From: an uncultured bacterium
Lineage (GTDB): Bacteria > Hydrothermota > UBA3073 > NMUJ01 > CBEVQO01
Direction: 5' to 3'
Length of the DNA stretch: 64,000 nucleotides
Assembly (NCBI GenBank): GCA_965552055.1
Contig: CBEVQO010000001.1
Location: forward strand, 96,001 to 160,000
The notes below the pieces were generated by a model, which did no database searches, was not told the DNA's origin, and worked only from the letters and a program-made list of their open reading frames with translations. The stretch's first letter is position 1; each line of letters starts with the position of its first letter. Shown here piece by piece: positions 56,160 through 64,000 of the stretch. A program made the translations under genes and the position numbers.

Positions 56160-58829
56160 TCAGGCTTTTTTCTTCTTTTCCATCAATACTGCGCGTGCAG
56201 CAGCAAGACGCGCAACAGGCACCCTGTAAGGCGAGCAGCTAACATAATCCATACCAACTTTATGACAGAAATAAATTGAATTTGGTTCGCCTCCGTGTTC
56301 ACCGCAAATTCCTACTTCTAATTTAGGATTTGTTTTCCTTCCCTTCTGAATGCCTATTTTTATAAGCTCTCCTACTCCTTTTTCATCTAAACGCTGGAAG
56401 GGGTCATAAGGCAAAATACCTTTTTCTATGTAATCGGGCAAAATTTTACCTACATCATCTCTTGAAAATCCAAATGTTGTTTGTGTAAGGTCATTTGTCC
56501 CAAACGAGAAGAATTCTGCGTATTTCGCTACCTCATCTGCAGTTAAAGCTGCTCGAGGTAATTCTATCATCGTTCCAACCATATATTTTATCTCAACTCC
56601 GTATTTTATCATGGTTTCCCGGGCAACTTTATCTATTATTTTTCGTTGATGTTCTATTTCTTTTGCCTCCGATGATACAGGAATCATTATTTCGGGAATT
56701 GGATTTTTACCTTCTTTCTTCAGCTCACATGCTGCTTCAAAAATTGCCCTTGCCTGCATCTCAGTGATCTCCGGATAGGTAATACCGAGACGGCAGCCCC
56801 TGTGACCGAGCATCGGGTTTAATTCCTGTAAAGCTTCCACTCGTTCTTTAACTTTTTCATAAGGTTTACCTATATCCTGTGCAAGTTTTCTTATTTGTTC
56901 TTCTTCTTTCGGCAAAAATTCATGCAAAGGTGGGTCAAGTGTTCTTATGATGACCGGGAGACCATCCATTACTTCAAATATTTTCTTAAAATCTTCTTTT
57001 TGCATGGGTAAAAGCTTATCAAGTGCACGCTTGCGTTCCTCAGCGGTATCAGCCAGAATCATCTCTCTCATCGCACTTATTCTATTTTCTCCAAAGAACA
57101 TATGTTCTGTTCTACAAAGTCCTATCCCTTCTGCACCGAACTCACGCGCTATACGAGCCTGCTCAGGAGTATCGGCATTCGCACGCACTCCTAATTTTCT
57201 TATTTTATCAGCATAATTTAAAAGCTCTTTAAATTCGGGAATCGCTGCACCTCTAACTTTGGGCACATCACCAAGTATTACATTGCCAGATGTACCATCA
57301 ATCGTTATTGTATCTCCTTCTTTAACAACATTATCACCCACTTTAAATTCTTTCTTTTCATAGCTTATTGAAATTGATTCACATCCAACGACACATGGTT
57401 TACCCATTGCGCGTGCAACAACAGCAGCATGCGATGTCATACCACCTCTTTGCGTAAGAATACCCTCACAGGCAGCCATACCGGCAATATCTTCAGGAGA
57501 AGTTTCCATTCTTACAAGGATTGTCTTCTCACCTTTTTCTTTGAGTTTTACTGCATCATCGGGATGAAATACAACTTTGCCTGTAGCAGCACCGGGTGAA
57601 GCAGGCAGACCTTTTGCGATAGGCTCATATTTTGCAGATGGATCGAGCATCGGATGAAGTAAAGCATCGATTTGTTCAGGTGTCACACGCTCTACGGCTT
57701 CCTCCTGAGAAATCAGCCCCTCTTTCACCATATCAACAGCTATCTTTACCGCAGCAAGGGGTGTTCTTTTGCCTGCTCTCGTTTGTAAAATGTATAATTT
57801 TTTCCTTTCAATTGTAAATTCAATATCCTGAATATCTCTAAAATGTTTCTCAAGTTTTTCTCTTATTTTTAAAAGTTCATTATAAACCTCTGGCATTTCT
57901 TCTTCAAGTGAAGGTAATTTATCTCCTCTTCTTTCCTTTTGTAATCTGTTTAAAGGTTGGGGAGTTCTTATTCCAGCTACTACATCTTCACCCTGTGCAT
58001 TTCTCAGATATTCTCCATAAAATACATTTTCGCCTGTTGCCGGATCCCTTGTGAAAGCAACACCTGTTCCCGAATCCTCACCCATATTACCGAATACCAT
58101 GGTCTGCACATTTACAGCAGTACCCATATCATCGGGTATCCCATGTAATTTGCGATACTCTATCGCCCTCTTATTGTTCCAGGATTTGAAAACAGCGACT
58201 ATAGCCTGCCATAATTGGTCTTCGGGGTCTTGCGGAAATTCTTTCCCTGTTTTTTGTTTAACAATTTCTTTAAACTTTTTGACAAGATTTTTTAAATCCT
58301 TTGCATCAAGTTCTGTATCGAATTTTACTTTCTTTTTTTGTTTCAATTCATCTATTTCTTTTTCAAACTCCTCATGGGGTATTCCCAAAATTACATTACC
58401 GAACATTTGGATCAATCTTCTATAGCAATCCCATGCGAATCTTTCATTTTGCGTAAGTTTTGCAAGACCTTCAACAGTCCTGTCATTCAATCCAACATTC
58501 AAAATGGTATCCATCATCCCCGGCATGGAAACAGGAGCTCCAGACCTTACAGATACGAGTAATGGATTACCGGGGTTACCAAAACTTTTACCTGTTACTC
58601 TCTCAAGCTCAGCGAGAGCAACCTCTACTTCGGGTTTTAATTTTACGATGAAGTTGATTCCTTCCTTAAAAAATTGTTTGCAGGCTTCCGTCGTTATGGT
58701 GAATCCAGGGGGCACAGGGATACCCATACGCGCCATCTCGTGTAAACCGGCTCCCTTACCCCCAAGCAAATCCCTCAAACCAGCATGCCCCTCTGCATTA
58801 TCCTTTGAAAAGAAATATACATACTTCAT
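56160..58829 (-). CDS. ppdK: Pyruvate, phosphate dikinase
   Basis: LLGGKGAGL, PLLVSVRSGA, GGMTSHAAVVAR, GLCRTEHMF, SFGTNDLTQ, GICGEHGG. Confidence 0.98.
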   Translation of the reverse strand: MKYVYFFSKDNAEGHAGLRDLLGGKGAGLHEMARMGIPVPPGFTITTEACKQFFKEGINFIVKLKPEVEVALAELERVTGKSFGNPGNPLLVSVRSGAPVSMPGMMDTILNVGLNDRTVEGLAKLTQNERFAWDCYRRLIQMFGNVILGIPHEEFEKEIDELKQKKKVKFDTELDAKDLKNLVKKFKEIVKQKTGKEFPQDPEDQLWQAIVAVFKSWNNKRAIEYRKLHGIPDDMGTAVNVQTMVFGNMGEDSGTGVAFTRDPATGENVFYGEYLRNAQGEDVVAGIRTPQPLNRLQKERRGDKLPSLEEEMPEVYNELLKIREKLEKHFRDIQDIEFTIERKKLYILQTRAGKRTPLAAVKIAVDMVKEGLISQEEAVERVTPEQIDALLHPMLDPSAKYEPIAKGLPASPGAATGKVVFHPDDAVKLKEKGEKTILVRMETSPEDIAGMAACEGILTQRGGMTSHAAVVARAMGKPCVVGCESISISYEKKEFKVGDNVVKEGDTITIDGTSGNVILGDVPKVRGAAIPEFKELLNYADKIRKLGVRANADTPEQARIAREFGAEGIGLCRTEHMFFGENRISAMREMILADTAEERKRALDKLLPMQKEDFKKIFEVMDGLPVIIRTLDPPLHEFLPKEEEQIRKLAQDIGKPYEKVKERVEALQELNPMLGHRGCRLGITYPEITEMQARAIFEAACELKKEGKNPIPEIMIPVSSEAKEIEHQRKIIDKVARETMIKYGVEIKYMVGTMIELPRAALTADEVAKYAEFFSFGTNDLTQTTFGFSRDDVGKILPDYIEKGILPYDPFQRLDEKGVGELIKIGIQKGRKTNPKLEVGICGEHGGEPNSIYFCHKVGMDYVSCSPYRVPVARLAAARAVLMEKKKKA

Positions 58830-59230
58830 ACTGCTTCCTCCTCTTTAACTTCTTTCTTGGGTGTTTGACGCTCGAAGCCAACGAGTTTTATCATAACAAG
58901 TTCAGCATCATCTCCCCTGCGCCTCTTACCAAGCCTTATTATCTGAGTGTAACCACCAGGTCTATCCTTAAATTGGGGCGCTATTTCATCGATCAACTTT
59001 TTGACCATATCCTTAAAAGGAAATCTACGCAATAATAATCTTCTATTCGATAATGTAGGATTTTTTGCTATAGTTATCAATCTTTCCGCAAATGGTCGTA
59101 AAGCTTTTGCCTTCGCTTTTGTAGTTATAATACCATAATAAGTGAATAATGCACGGGCTAAGTTCCTCAACATCGCTTTCCTGTGAGCCGAAGTCCTATG
59201 TAGTTTCCGAACTTTCACCATGCTGTGCAA
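58826..59230 (-). CDS. rplQ: 50S ribosomal protein L17
   Basis: RKLHRTSAHRKAMLRN, AERLIT, RPGGYTQI, RRGDDA. Start is TTG 59230 or ATG 59221; either overlaps the rpoA 3' end. Confidence 0.95.
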   Translation of the reverse strand: MHSMVKVRKLHRTSAHRKAMLRNLARALFTYYGIITTKAKAKALRPFAERLITIAKNPTLSNRRLLLRRFPFKDMVKKLIDEIAPQFKDRPGGYTQIIRLGKRRRGDDAELVMIKLVGFERQTPKKEVKEEEAV

Positions 59231-60218
59231 GATATTTCTCTTTAACAGATTGAGGTATTTCCATACCAAAACGCAAATTGTAACGCTTTAATAATTCCTG
59301 TAAATCACTTAAAGTTTTCCTTCCCAAATTCTCAATTTGCAAAAGCTCAGATTCTTTTTTTGTCGCAAGGTCAAATAATGTTTTTATGCCTGCTTTCCTC
59401 AGACAGTTTTTAGCACGCTGAGAAACATCAAGGTCATCTATTCTTATTTTCAATGTCTCAAGTAATTTCCTTTCTTCTTCTGTCATCTCCTTTAATCTAA
59501 CATATTCTTTTTCTTCACTTAATTCTCTAAATTTGTTAAAATATTCGAGTAAGTTTATAGCAGCATGTGCAACAGCTTCTTTGGGATTTACTCTACCATC
59601 CGTCCACACTTCCAGGATCAATTTTTCATAATCAGAGCGCTGACCAATTCTTACATTTTCGACTCTGAAATTCGCTTTTGTAACAGGAGAATAAATACCA
59701 TCGATGAAGATAGTATCCACAGGTACAACATCGCCATATTCTGTTTTTAAAAGCTCTACAGGCACATATCCTCTACCCGAAGTTATAAACAATTCCATTT
59801 TTATCGGGTCTTTCCTATCCGTCACGGTCATTATATGTTGCTCTGGATTTGTGATTTCAAAAGTTCCATCACACGGAATATCTCCCGCTTTTATCTCGCC
59901 TTTCTTTTTAATCTCCCATTTTATCCTTTTATCAAGACCCGACAATAATTTTATCTTTACCTGTTTCAAGTTCAAAACAATTTCCGGGATATCTTCGAGC
60001 ACACCTTCTATTGTCGAGAACTCATGTAGCACGCCCTCTATCCTTATTCCCGTAATCGCAGTTGACTGAATAGATGACAAAAGTGCACGCCTCAAGCTGT
60101 TACCTATGGTTGTGCCAAAGCCACGCTCAAGAGGCTCAAAAATAAATCTTCCATAAGTATCTGTTAATTCTTCAATTTTAACCTCTTCCGGAATTTTCAT
60201 CGGTAAAAGTTTAAGCAT
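59196..60218 (-). CDS. rpoA: RNA polymerase subunit alpha
   Basis: EPLERGFGTTIGNSLRR.LLSS, HEFSTIEGV.ED, GRGYVP, alpha-CTD (RAKNCL, NLGRKTL). Confidence 0.98.
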   Translation of the reverse strand: MLKLLPMKIPEEVKIEELTDTYGRFIFEPLERGFGTTIGNSLRRALLSSIQSTAITGIRIEGVLHEFSTIEGVLEDIPEIVLNLKQVKIKLLSGLDKRIKWEIKKKGEIKAGDIPCDGTFEITNPEQHIMTVTDRKDPIKMELFITSGRGYVPVELLKTEYGDVVPVDTIFIDGIYSPVTKANFRVENVRIGQRSDYEKLILEVWTDGRVNPKEAVAHAAINLLEYFNKFRELSEEKEYVRLKEMTEEERKLLETLKIRIDDLDVSQRAKNCLRKAGIKTLFDLATKKESELLQIENLGRKTLSDLQELLKRYNLRFGMEIPQSVKEKYLAQHGESSETT

Positions 60219-60226
60219 AACACCTC

Positions 60227-60865
60227 CTACTTGGAGTAGAACTCAACAACAAGTTGCATCCTGAAATCTTTTGGCAAATCATCGGGCTGAGGATAATTTA
60301 AAACCTCACCCCTAAAGTTCTCCTTATCAAGTTTAAGCCATTTTGGCACTTCATTTGCTCTCTTATCAAGCGTTTCCTTTACAATCGGAATGTTTCTGCT
60401 CTTTTCTTTTAATTCAATGACATCACCGGGTTCAACGAGATAAGAAGGAATATCTGTTTTCCTTCCATTTACAAGGATATGCCCATGTGCTACAAGCTGT
60501 CTTGCTGCACGCCTTGAAGGAGCAAATGCCAGCCTGTAAACTACATTATCAAGCCTCCTTTCCAGAAATTGTAAAATCAATTCTCCCGTTACTCCTTTTT
60601 TGCGGGATGCCATCTCATAATATTTTTTCATCTGTGTCTCCGAGACACCGTAAAACCTTTTAACTGCCTGCTTCTCTCTTAAATGCAAAGCATAACCCGT
60701 TACCCTTGTTCTTTTTTTCGGAGGTTCCCCAGGAGGTATATGCTTGCCAAGTGCTTTCCTCCTTTCCAGAGCACATTTATCAGTGTAACATCTTTCCCCT
60801 TTTAAAAAAAGCTTCCTTCCTTCTCTTCTACATAATCTGCAAACAGGTCCGGTATACCTTCCCAT
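60227..60865 (-). CDS. rpsD: 30S ribosomal protein S4 (Zn-binding form)
   Basis: [16 protein letters not shown]...C...C, LERRLDNVVYR, ARQLV.HGH, VEFYSK. Confidence 0.98.
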   Translation of the reverse strand: MGRYTGPVCRLCRREGRKLFLKGERCYTDKCALERRKALGKHIPPGEPPKKRTRVTGYALHLREKQAVKRFYGVSETQMKKYYEMASRKKGVTGELILQFLERRLDNVVYRLAFAPSRRAARQLVAHGHILVNGRKTDIPSYLVEPGDVIELKEKSRNIPIVKETLDKRANEVPKWLKLDKENFRGEVLNYPQPDDLPKDFRMQLVVEFYSK

Positions 60866-61239
60866 TACACCCTCCTTCTCTTTGGCGGTCTGCAACCATT
60901 ATGGGGAATTGGAGTTACATCCCTTATCTTTGTTATCTCAAGACCAGCTGCTCTTATAGCCTTTACTCCAACATCTCTTCCAGGTCCCGGACCTTTAATC
61001 CAAACTTCCACTTTTTTCATACCAAGTTTTAATGCTTCTTTCGCTGCTTTCGTAGCTGCCATACTCGCTGCCCAAGGAGTGCCTTTTTTCGTGCCCTTAG
61101 CACCTATAGTCCCTCCACTAGCCCAGCAAATGGTATCACCATTCTTGTTCGTTACAGTAACAATCGTGTTATTAAATGTCGTATGAATGTGCACAATACC
61201 TTCTTTTTCCGCTATTTTCTTCTTTTTCTTCCTCGCCAT
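60865..61239 (-). CDS. rpsK: 30S ribosomal protein S11
   Basis: [36 protein letters not shown]. Confidence 0.98.
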   Translation of the reverse strand: MARKKKKKIAEKEGIVHIHTTFNNTIVTVTNKNGDTICWASGGTIGAKGTKKGTPWAASMAATKAAKEALKLGMKKVEVWIKGPGPGRDVGVKAIRAAGLEITKIRDVTPIPHNGCRPPKRRRV

Positions 61240-61246
61240 ACTCTCA

Positions 61247-61273
61247 ATAATAACGATTTTTGTAAATTGTCAA
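61247..61273 (-). promoter_or_regulatory. Promoter of the rpsK...hppA operon
   Basis: TTGACA (61273-61268), 15 bp, TATTAT (61252-61247), 7 nt, ATG 61239. Confidence 0.8.
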
Positions 61274-61308
61274 GCTAAAATTTTATAAATTTTTATGAAT
61301 TAAAATGC

Positions 61309-61335
61309 TTGACTTTATGATATTATGTTTAATTA
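61309..61335 (+). promoter_or_regulatory. Promoter of the SDR-nadD operon
   Basis: TTGACT 61309-61314, 15 bp, TAATTA 61330-61335 (imperfect), 5 nt, ATG 61341. Confidence 0.55.
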
Positions 61336-61340
61336 TAGGT

Positions 61341-62282
61341 ATGCAAAAAATTTTAATAACAGGAGGTGCCGGTTTTATAGGTTCACATTTAATTGATTTT
61401 CTTTTACAAAAAAATTTTGAAATAATCTGCATTGATAATTTCATCACGGGGAACAGAGAGAATTTGTCCCATTTAGAAGGGGACTCTCGTGTTAAAATAA
61501 TAGAGCATGATGTAAGAGAGCCTTTTGATTTTTCTGATGAATTATCATGGGTTTTGCATTTTGCATCGCCTGCCAGTCCCAAAGATTATTTAAAATATCC
61601 TATTCTAACTTTGGAAACAGGTTCTATCGGCACAAAGAATATGCTCGAACTTGCTAAGAAAACAGGTGCAAAATTCATGCTGGCATCTACTTCGGAAGTT
61701 TACGGTGACCCCCTTTGCAACCCCCAACCAGAAAGTTATTACGGGAATGTGAATCCCATAGGAAAAAGAAGCGTTTATGATGAAGCGAAAAGATTCTCAG
61801 AAGCGATTACGATGGCATATCACAGGGAATATGGTCTCGATATAAGGATAGTAAGGATTTTCAACACTTATGGTGAAAGAATGCAGATGGACGATGGCAG
61901 AGTGATACCGAACTTTGTCTGCCAGGCATTGAAAAAAGAGCCACTTACAGTTTACGGAGATGGAACACAGACAAGAAGCTTTTGCTACATATCTGACTTA
62001 GTCGAAGGTATCTGGAGAGTTATGAATGTTGAATATCATAAACCTATAAATCTCGGCAATCCGAATGAAATGAGAATAATAGATTTGGCACATTTAGTTT
62101 TAAAATTGACGGGCTCGAGCAGTAAAATCATTTACAAAGAGATAATGGAAGATGACCCGAAGCGTCGCCGTCCAGATATAACCCTCGCTAAAAAATTGTT
62201 GAATTGGGAACCAAAAGTATCACTCGAAGAAGGACTTAAAAGAACAATAGAGTACTTTAGGAGAAAACTGGGAATAAAATGA
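61341..62282 (+). CDS. UDP-glucuronate decarboxylase-like SDR (UXS family)
   Basis: TGGAGFIGSHL, HFASPASP, ASTSEVYGDP, YDEAKR, RIFNTYG, DDPKRRRPDI. Confidence 0.92.
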   Translation: MQKILITGGAGFIGSHLIDFLLQKNFEIICIDNFITGNRENLSHLEGDSRVKIIEHDVREPFDFSDELSWVLHFASPASPKDYLKYPILTLETGSIGTKNMLELAKKTGAKFMLASTSEVYGDPLCNPQPESYYGNVNPIGKRSVYDEAKRFSEAITMAYHREYGLDIRIVRIFNTYGERMQMDDGRVIPNFVCQALKKEPLTVYGDGTQTRSFCYISDLVEGIWRVMNVEYHKPINLGNPNEMRIIDLAHLVLKLTGSSSKIIYKEIMEDDPKRRRPDITLAKKLLNWEPKVSLEEGLKRTIEYFRRKLGIK

Positions 62283-62851
62283 AAATAGGCATTATGGGCG
62301 GGAATTTTGACCCTCCTCACATAGGGCATCTGATTGGTGCGGAATTGGCTCTTGAGAAATTTGCTCTGGATTTTGTGCTTTTTATTCCTTTTAACATCCC
62401 TGTGCATCGTGAAAGCACACAGACACCCGCAGAAAAAAGATTGAAGATGGTAAAACTCGCCATAAAAGGAAATAAGCGTTTTAAAGCTTCGGACATCGAA
62501 ATAAAAAGGGGAGGAAAATCTTACACAATAGATACTGTTAGGGAATTGCAGAAAGTTTATAAAGATGCGGAGTTCTACATAATAATAGGAACGGATCAGG
62601 CAGAAAAATTTGAGGAATGGAAAGAATACGAAGAATTACTGAAAATTTGCAATTTCATAATATTGACACGGGGTAAATATGACGAAGAAAAGATAAAAAA
62701 TATTTTCGGAGAAAAAGCAAATATGTTGAAATTGGAATTAGGAGTGTCTTCTTCTGAAATAAGAAAAAGGGTAAAAGAAGGAAAAACGATAAAATATATG
62801 GTACCTGAAAGTGTTGAGAAATTTATAAGGAGGGAAAAATTATACCTGTAA
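62279..62851 (+). CDS. nadD: Nicotinate-nucleotide adenylyltransferase
   Basis: GGNFDPPHIGH, SYTIDT, IIGTD, VSSSEIR. Confidence 0.95.
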   Translation: MKIGIMGGNFDPPHIGHLIGAELALEKFALDFVLFIPFNIPVHRESTQTPAEKRLKMVKLAIKGNKRFKASDIEIKRGGKSYTIDTVRELQKVYKDAEFYIIIGTDQAEKFEEWKEYEELLKICNFIILTRGKYDEEKIKNIFGEKANMLKLELGVSSSEIRKRVKEGKTIKYMVPESVEKFIRREKLYL

Positions 62852-63684
62852 TTTTTTCGGAAAAATGTTTATCTTATCATCAGCCGGGGCATCCTGAGAG
62901 TCCCGAAAGAGTTAGAATTATTTATGAAGTTTTGAAAAAGAAAGGTTTCAAATTTTATGATTGTGATTATTGCAGTGAGGAAGATTTATTACTTTGTCAT
63001 ACTCAATCACTAATTAACAGTGTTAAAAGTGGCGATTTTTATGATGTTGATACTCCGAATTTACCGAATATTTTTGATTATGCGAGGTTGGCTGTTGGAG
63101 GTGCTTTAAAAGCTCTTGAAATCGCTTTTTCAAAAGGAGCTGCTTTTTCGCTTTTGAGACCTCCTGGTCACCACGCTGGAAAAGATTTCTTAGGAGGATT
63201 CTGCTATTTCAACAACATCGCGATTGCTGTGAGGAAATCCGGGAAAAGATGCGCAATAATAGACATCGATTGTCATCACGGAAATGGCACAGAAGATATT
63301 TTTCTTGGAGATAAAAATGTCCTTTATACTTCAATCCACAGGAATGGCTTTTTCTATCCTGGAACAGGAATAGAATCGAGGGAAAATTGCATAAATTATC
63401 CTTTAAGATTTCCATCAGAAGCAGACTGGCTCAGATTTTTCGATGAACTTATTGAAAAAGTGAAAGAATTTAATCCCGATTTCATAGCTGTATCTGCTGG
63501 ATTTGATGCCTATGAAGGTGACCCTATCGGTAACCTTGGATTGAAAGTAGAAACTTACGAAATAATAGGCAAGAAAGTAGGGGAAATTAAAAAGCCTGTT
63601 CTGTGTGTACTTGAAGGAGGATACAGTGAAAAAATTGGTGAGTGTGTTTATAACTTTTTAAGGGGGTTAAAATGTTCCATATAG
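62839..63684 (+). CDS. Histone deacetylase/AcuC-family protein; start probably non-canonical (ATT 62839 or ATA 62842)
   Basis: HPESPER lies in frame upstream of the annotated TTG 62932; RPPGHHA, GFCYFNN, DIDCHHGNGT, SAGFD, LEGGY. Confidence 0.88.
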   Translation: MIPVIFSEKCLSYHQPGHPESPERVRIIYEVLKKKGFKFYDCDYCSEEDLLLCHTQSLINSVKSGDFYDVDTPNLPNIFDYARLAVGGALKALEIAFSKGAAFSLLRPPGHHAGKDFLGGFCYFNNIAIAVRKSGKRCAIIDIDCHHGNGTEDIFLGDKNVLYTSIHRNGFFYPGTGIESRENCINYPLRFPSEADWLRFFDELIEKVKEFNPDFIAVSAGFDAYEGDPIGNLGLKVETYEIIGKKVGEIKKPVLCVLEGGYSEKIGECVYNFLRGLKCSI

Positions 63685-64000
63685 CATCATGGGATGATAT
63701 AAAGAAGGGCAAAACCACGGATATTTATTTTGTGAGGACGGTTGAAATTTTAAACAAAAAAGGGATAAGGAAACGGGTTGTAGCTGAATTTGTGAATAAA
63801 AAATTGCCTCAAAACTGGGAGTGGGGGATTTTTGCAGGACTGGAAGAATGTTTGAAACTCTTAGAAGGATTACCTGTAAATGTAGAGGCTTTACCCGAAG
63901 GTACTGTTTTTTACCCGCTCGAACCTGTGCTTGTTATTGAAGGCATTTACAATGATTTTGCGATTTACGAAACTCCTGTTCTCGGGCTTATCTGTCAGGC
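63672..64000 (+). CDS. pncB: Nicotinate phosphoribosyltransferase (archaeal-type), 3'-truncated by the window edge
   Basis: Manual translation: MFHIASWDDIKKGKTTDIYFVRT...FAGLEECLKLL...LPEGTVF...EPVLVIEG.Y...IYETPVLG. Confidence 0.85.
   Translation, partial: MFHIASWDDIKKGKTTDIYFVRTVEILNKKGIRKRVVAEFVNKKLPQNWEWGIFAGLEECLKLLEGLPVNVEALPEGTVFYPLEPVLVIEGIYNDFAIYETPVLGLICQ

Noticed and set aside
1396..63415. Many short (60-160 aa) ORFs antisense to or nested in recognised genes
   Set aside because: They are shadows of well-conserved genes, with no motifs, promoters or SDs of their own.

Overview
A 64 kb, AT-rich, very compact stretch of bacterial chromosome made mostly of housekeeping operons. Gene order (rplM-rpsI-rpsB-tsf; mcsA-mcsB; lolC/D; archaeal-like NAPRTase, prenyl synthase and ATPase) is compatible with a diderm, probably thermophilic FCB-related lineage such as candidate division WOR-3; this placement is inference. 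Core content: ileS-dksA-lspA-lysS; lolCD-mcsAB-coaX-pyrC-ktrBA; ftsEX-truA; tRNA-Gln(CTG); tilS; nadK; rplM-rpsI-rpsB-tsf-pyrH-frr-uppS-cdsA-dxr-rseP; rpsK-rpsD-rpoA-rplQ-ppdK-prenyl synthase-hppA; nadD-HDAC-pncB. I saw no CRISPR array, rRNA, transposase or integrase. Main observations: (1) all 16 sigma70-like promoters I could place have TTGACA/T and a -10 hexamer only 15-16 bp apart, never 17, and many lie 5 nt from a start codon, which suggests widespread leaderless mRNA. (2) A cassette of two unrelated Pol-beta-type nucleotidyltransferases flanks a Wzy/O-antigen-ligase-like membrane protein. (3) A two-gene Cas2/SinR-like plus 2TM module with its own promoter abuts a CCA-less tRNA, which in turn abuts the next start codon. 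(4) A TetR-controlled MMPL transporter has its LolA-like shuttle and outer-membrane barrel fused in one ORF. (5) Smaller items: an HDAC gene that seems to need an ATT/ATA start, an MNT-HEPN fusion with an apparent internal deletion, a STAS-HATPase fusion, and a decayed ORF behind a perfect promoter.
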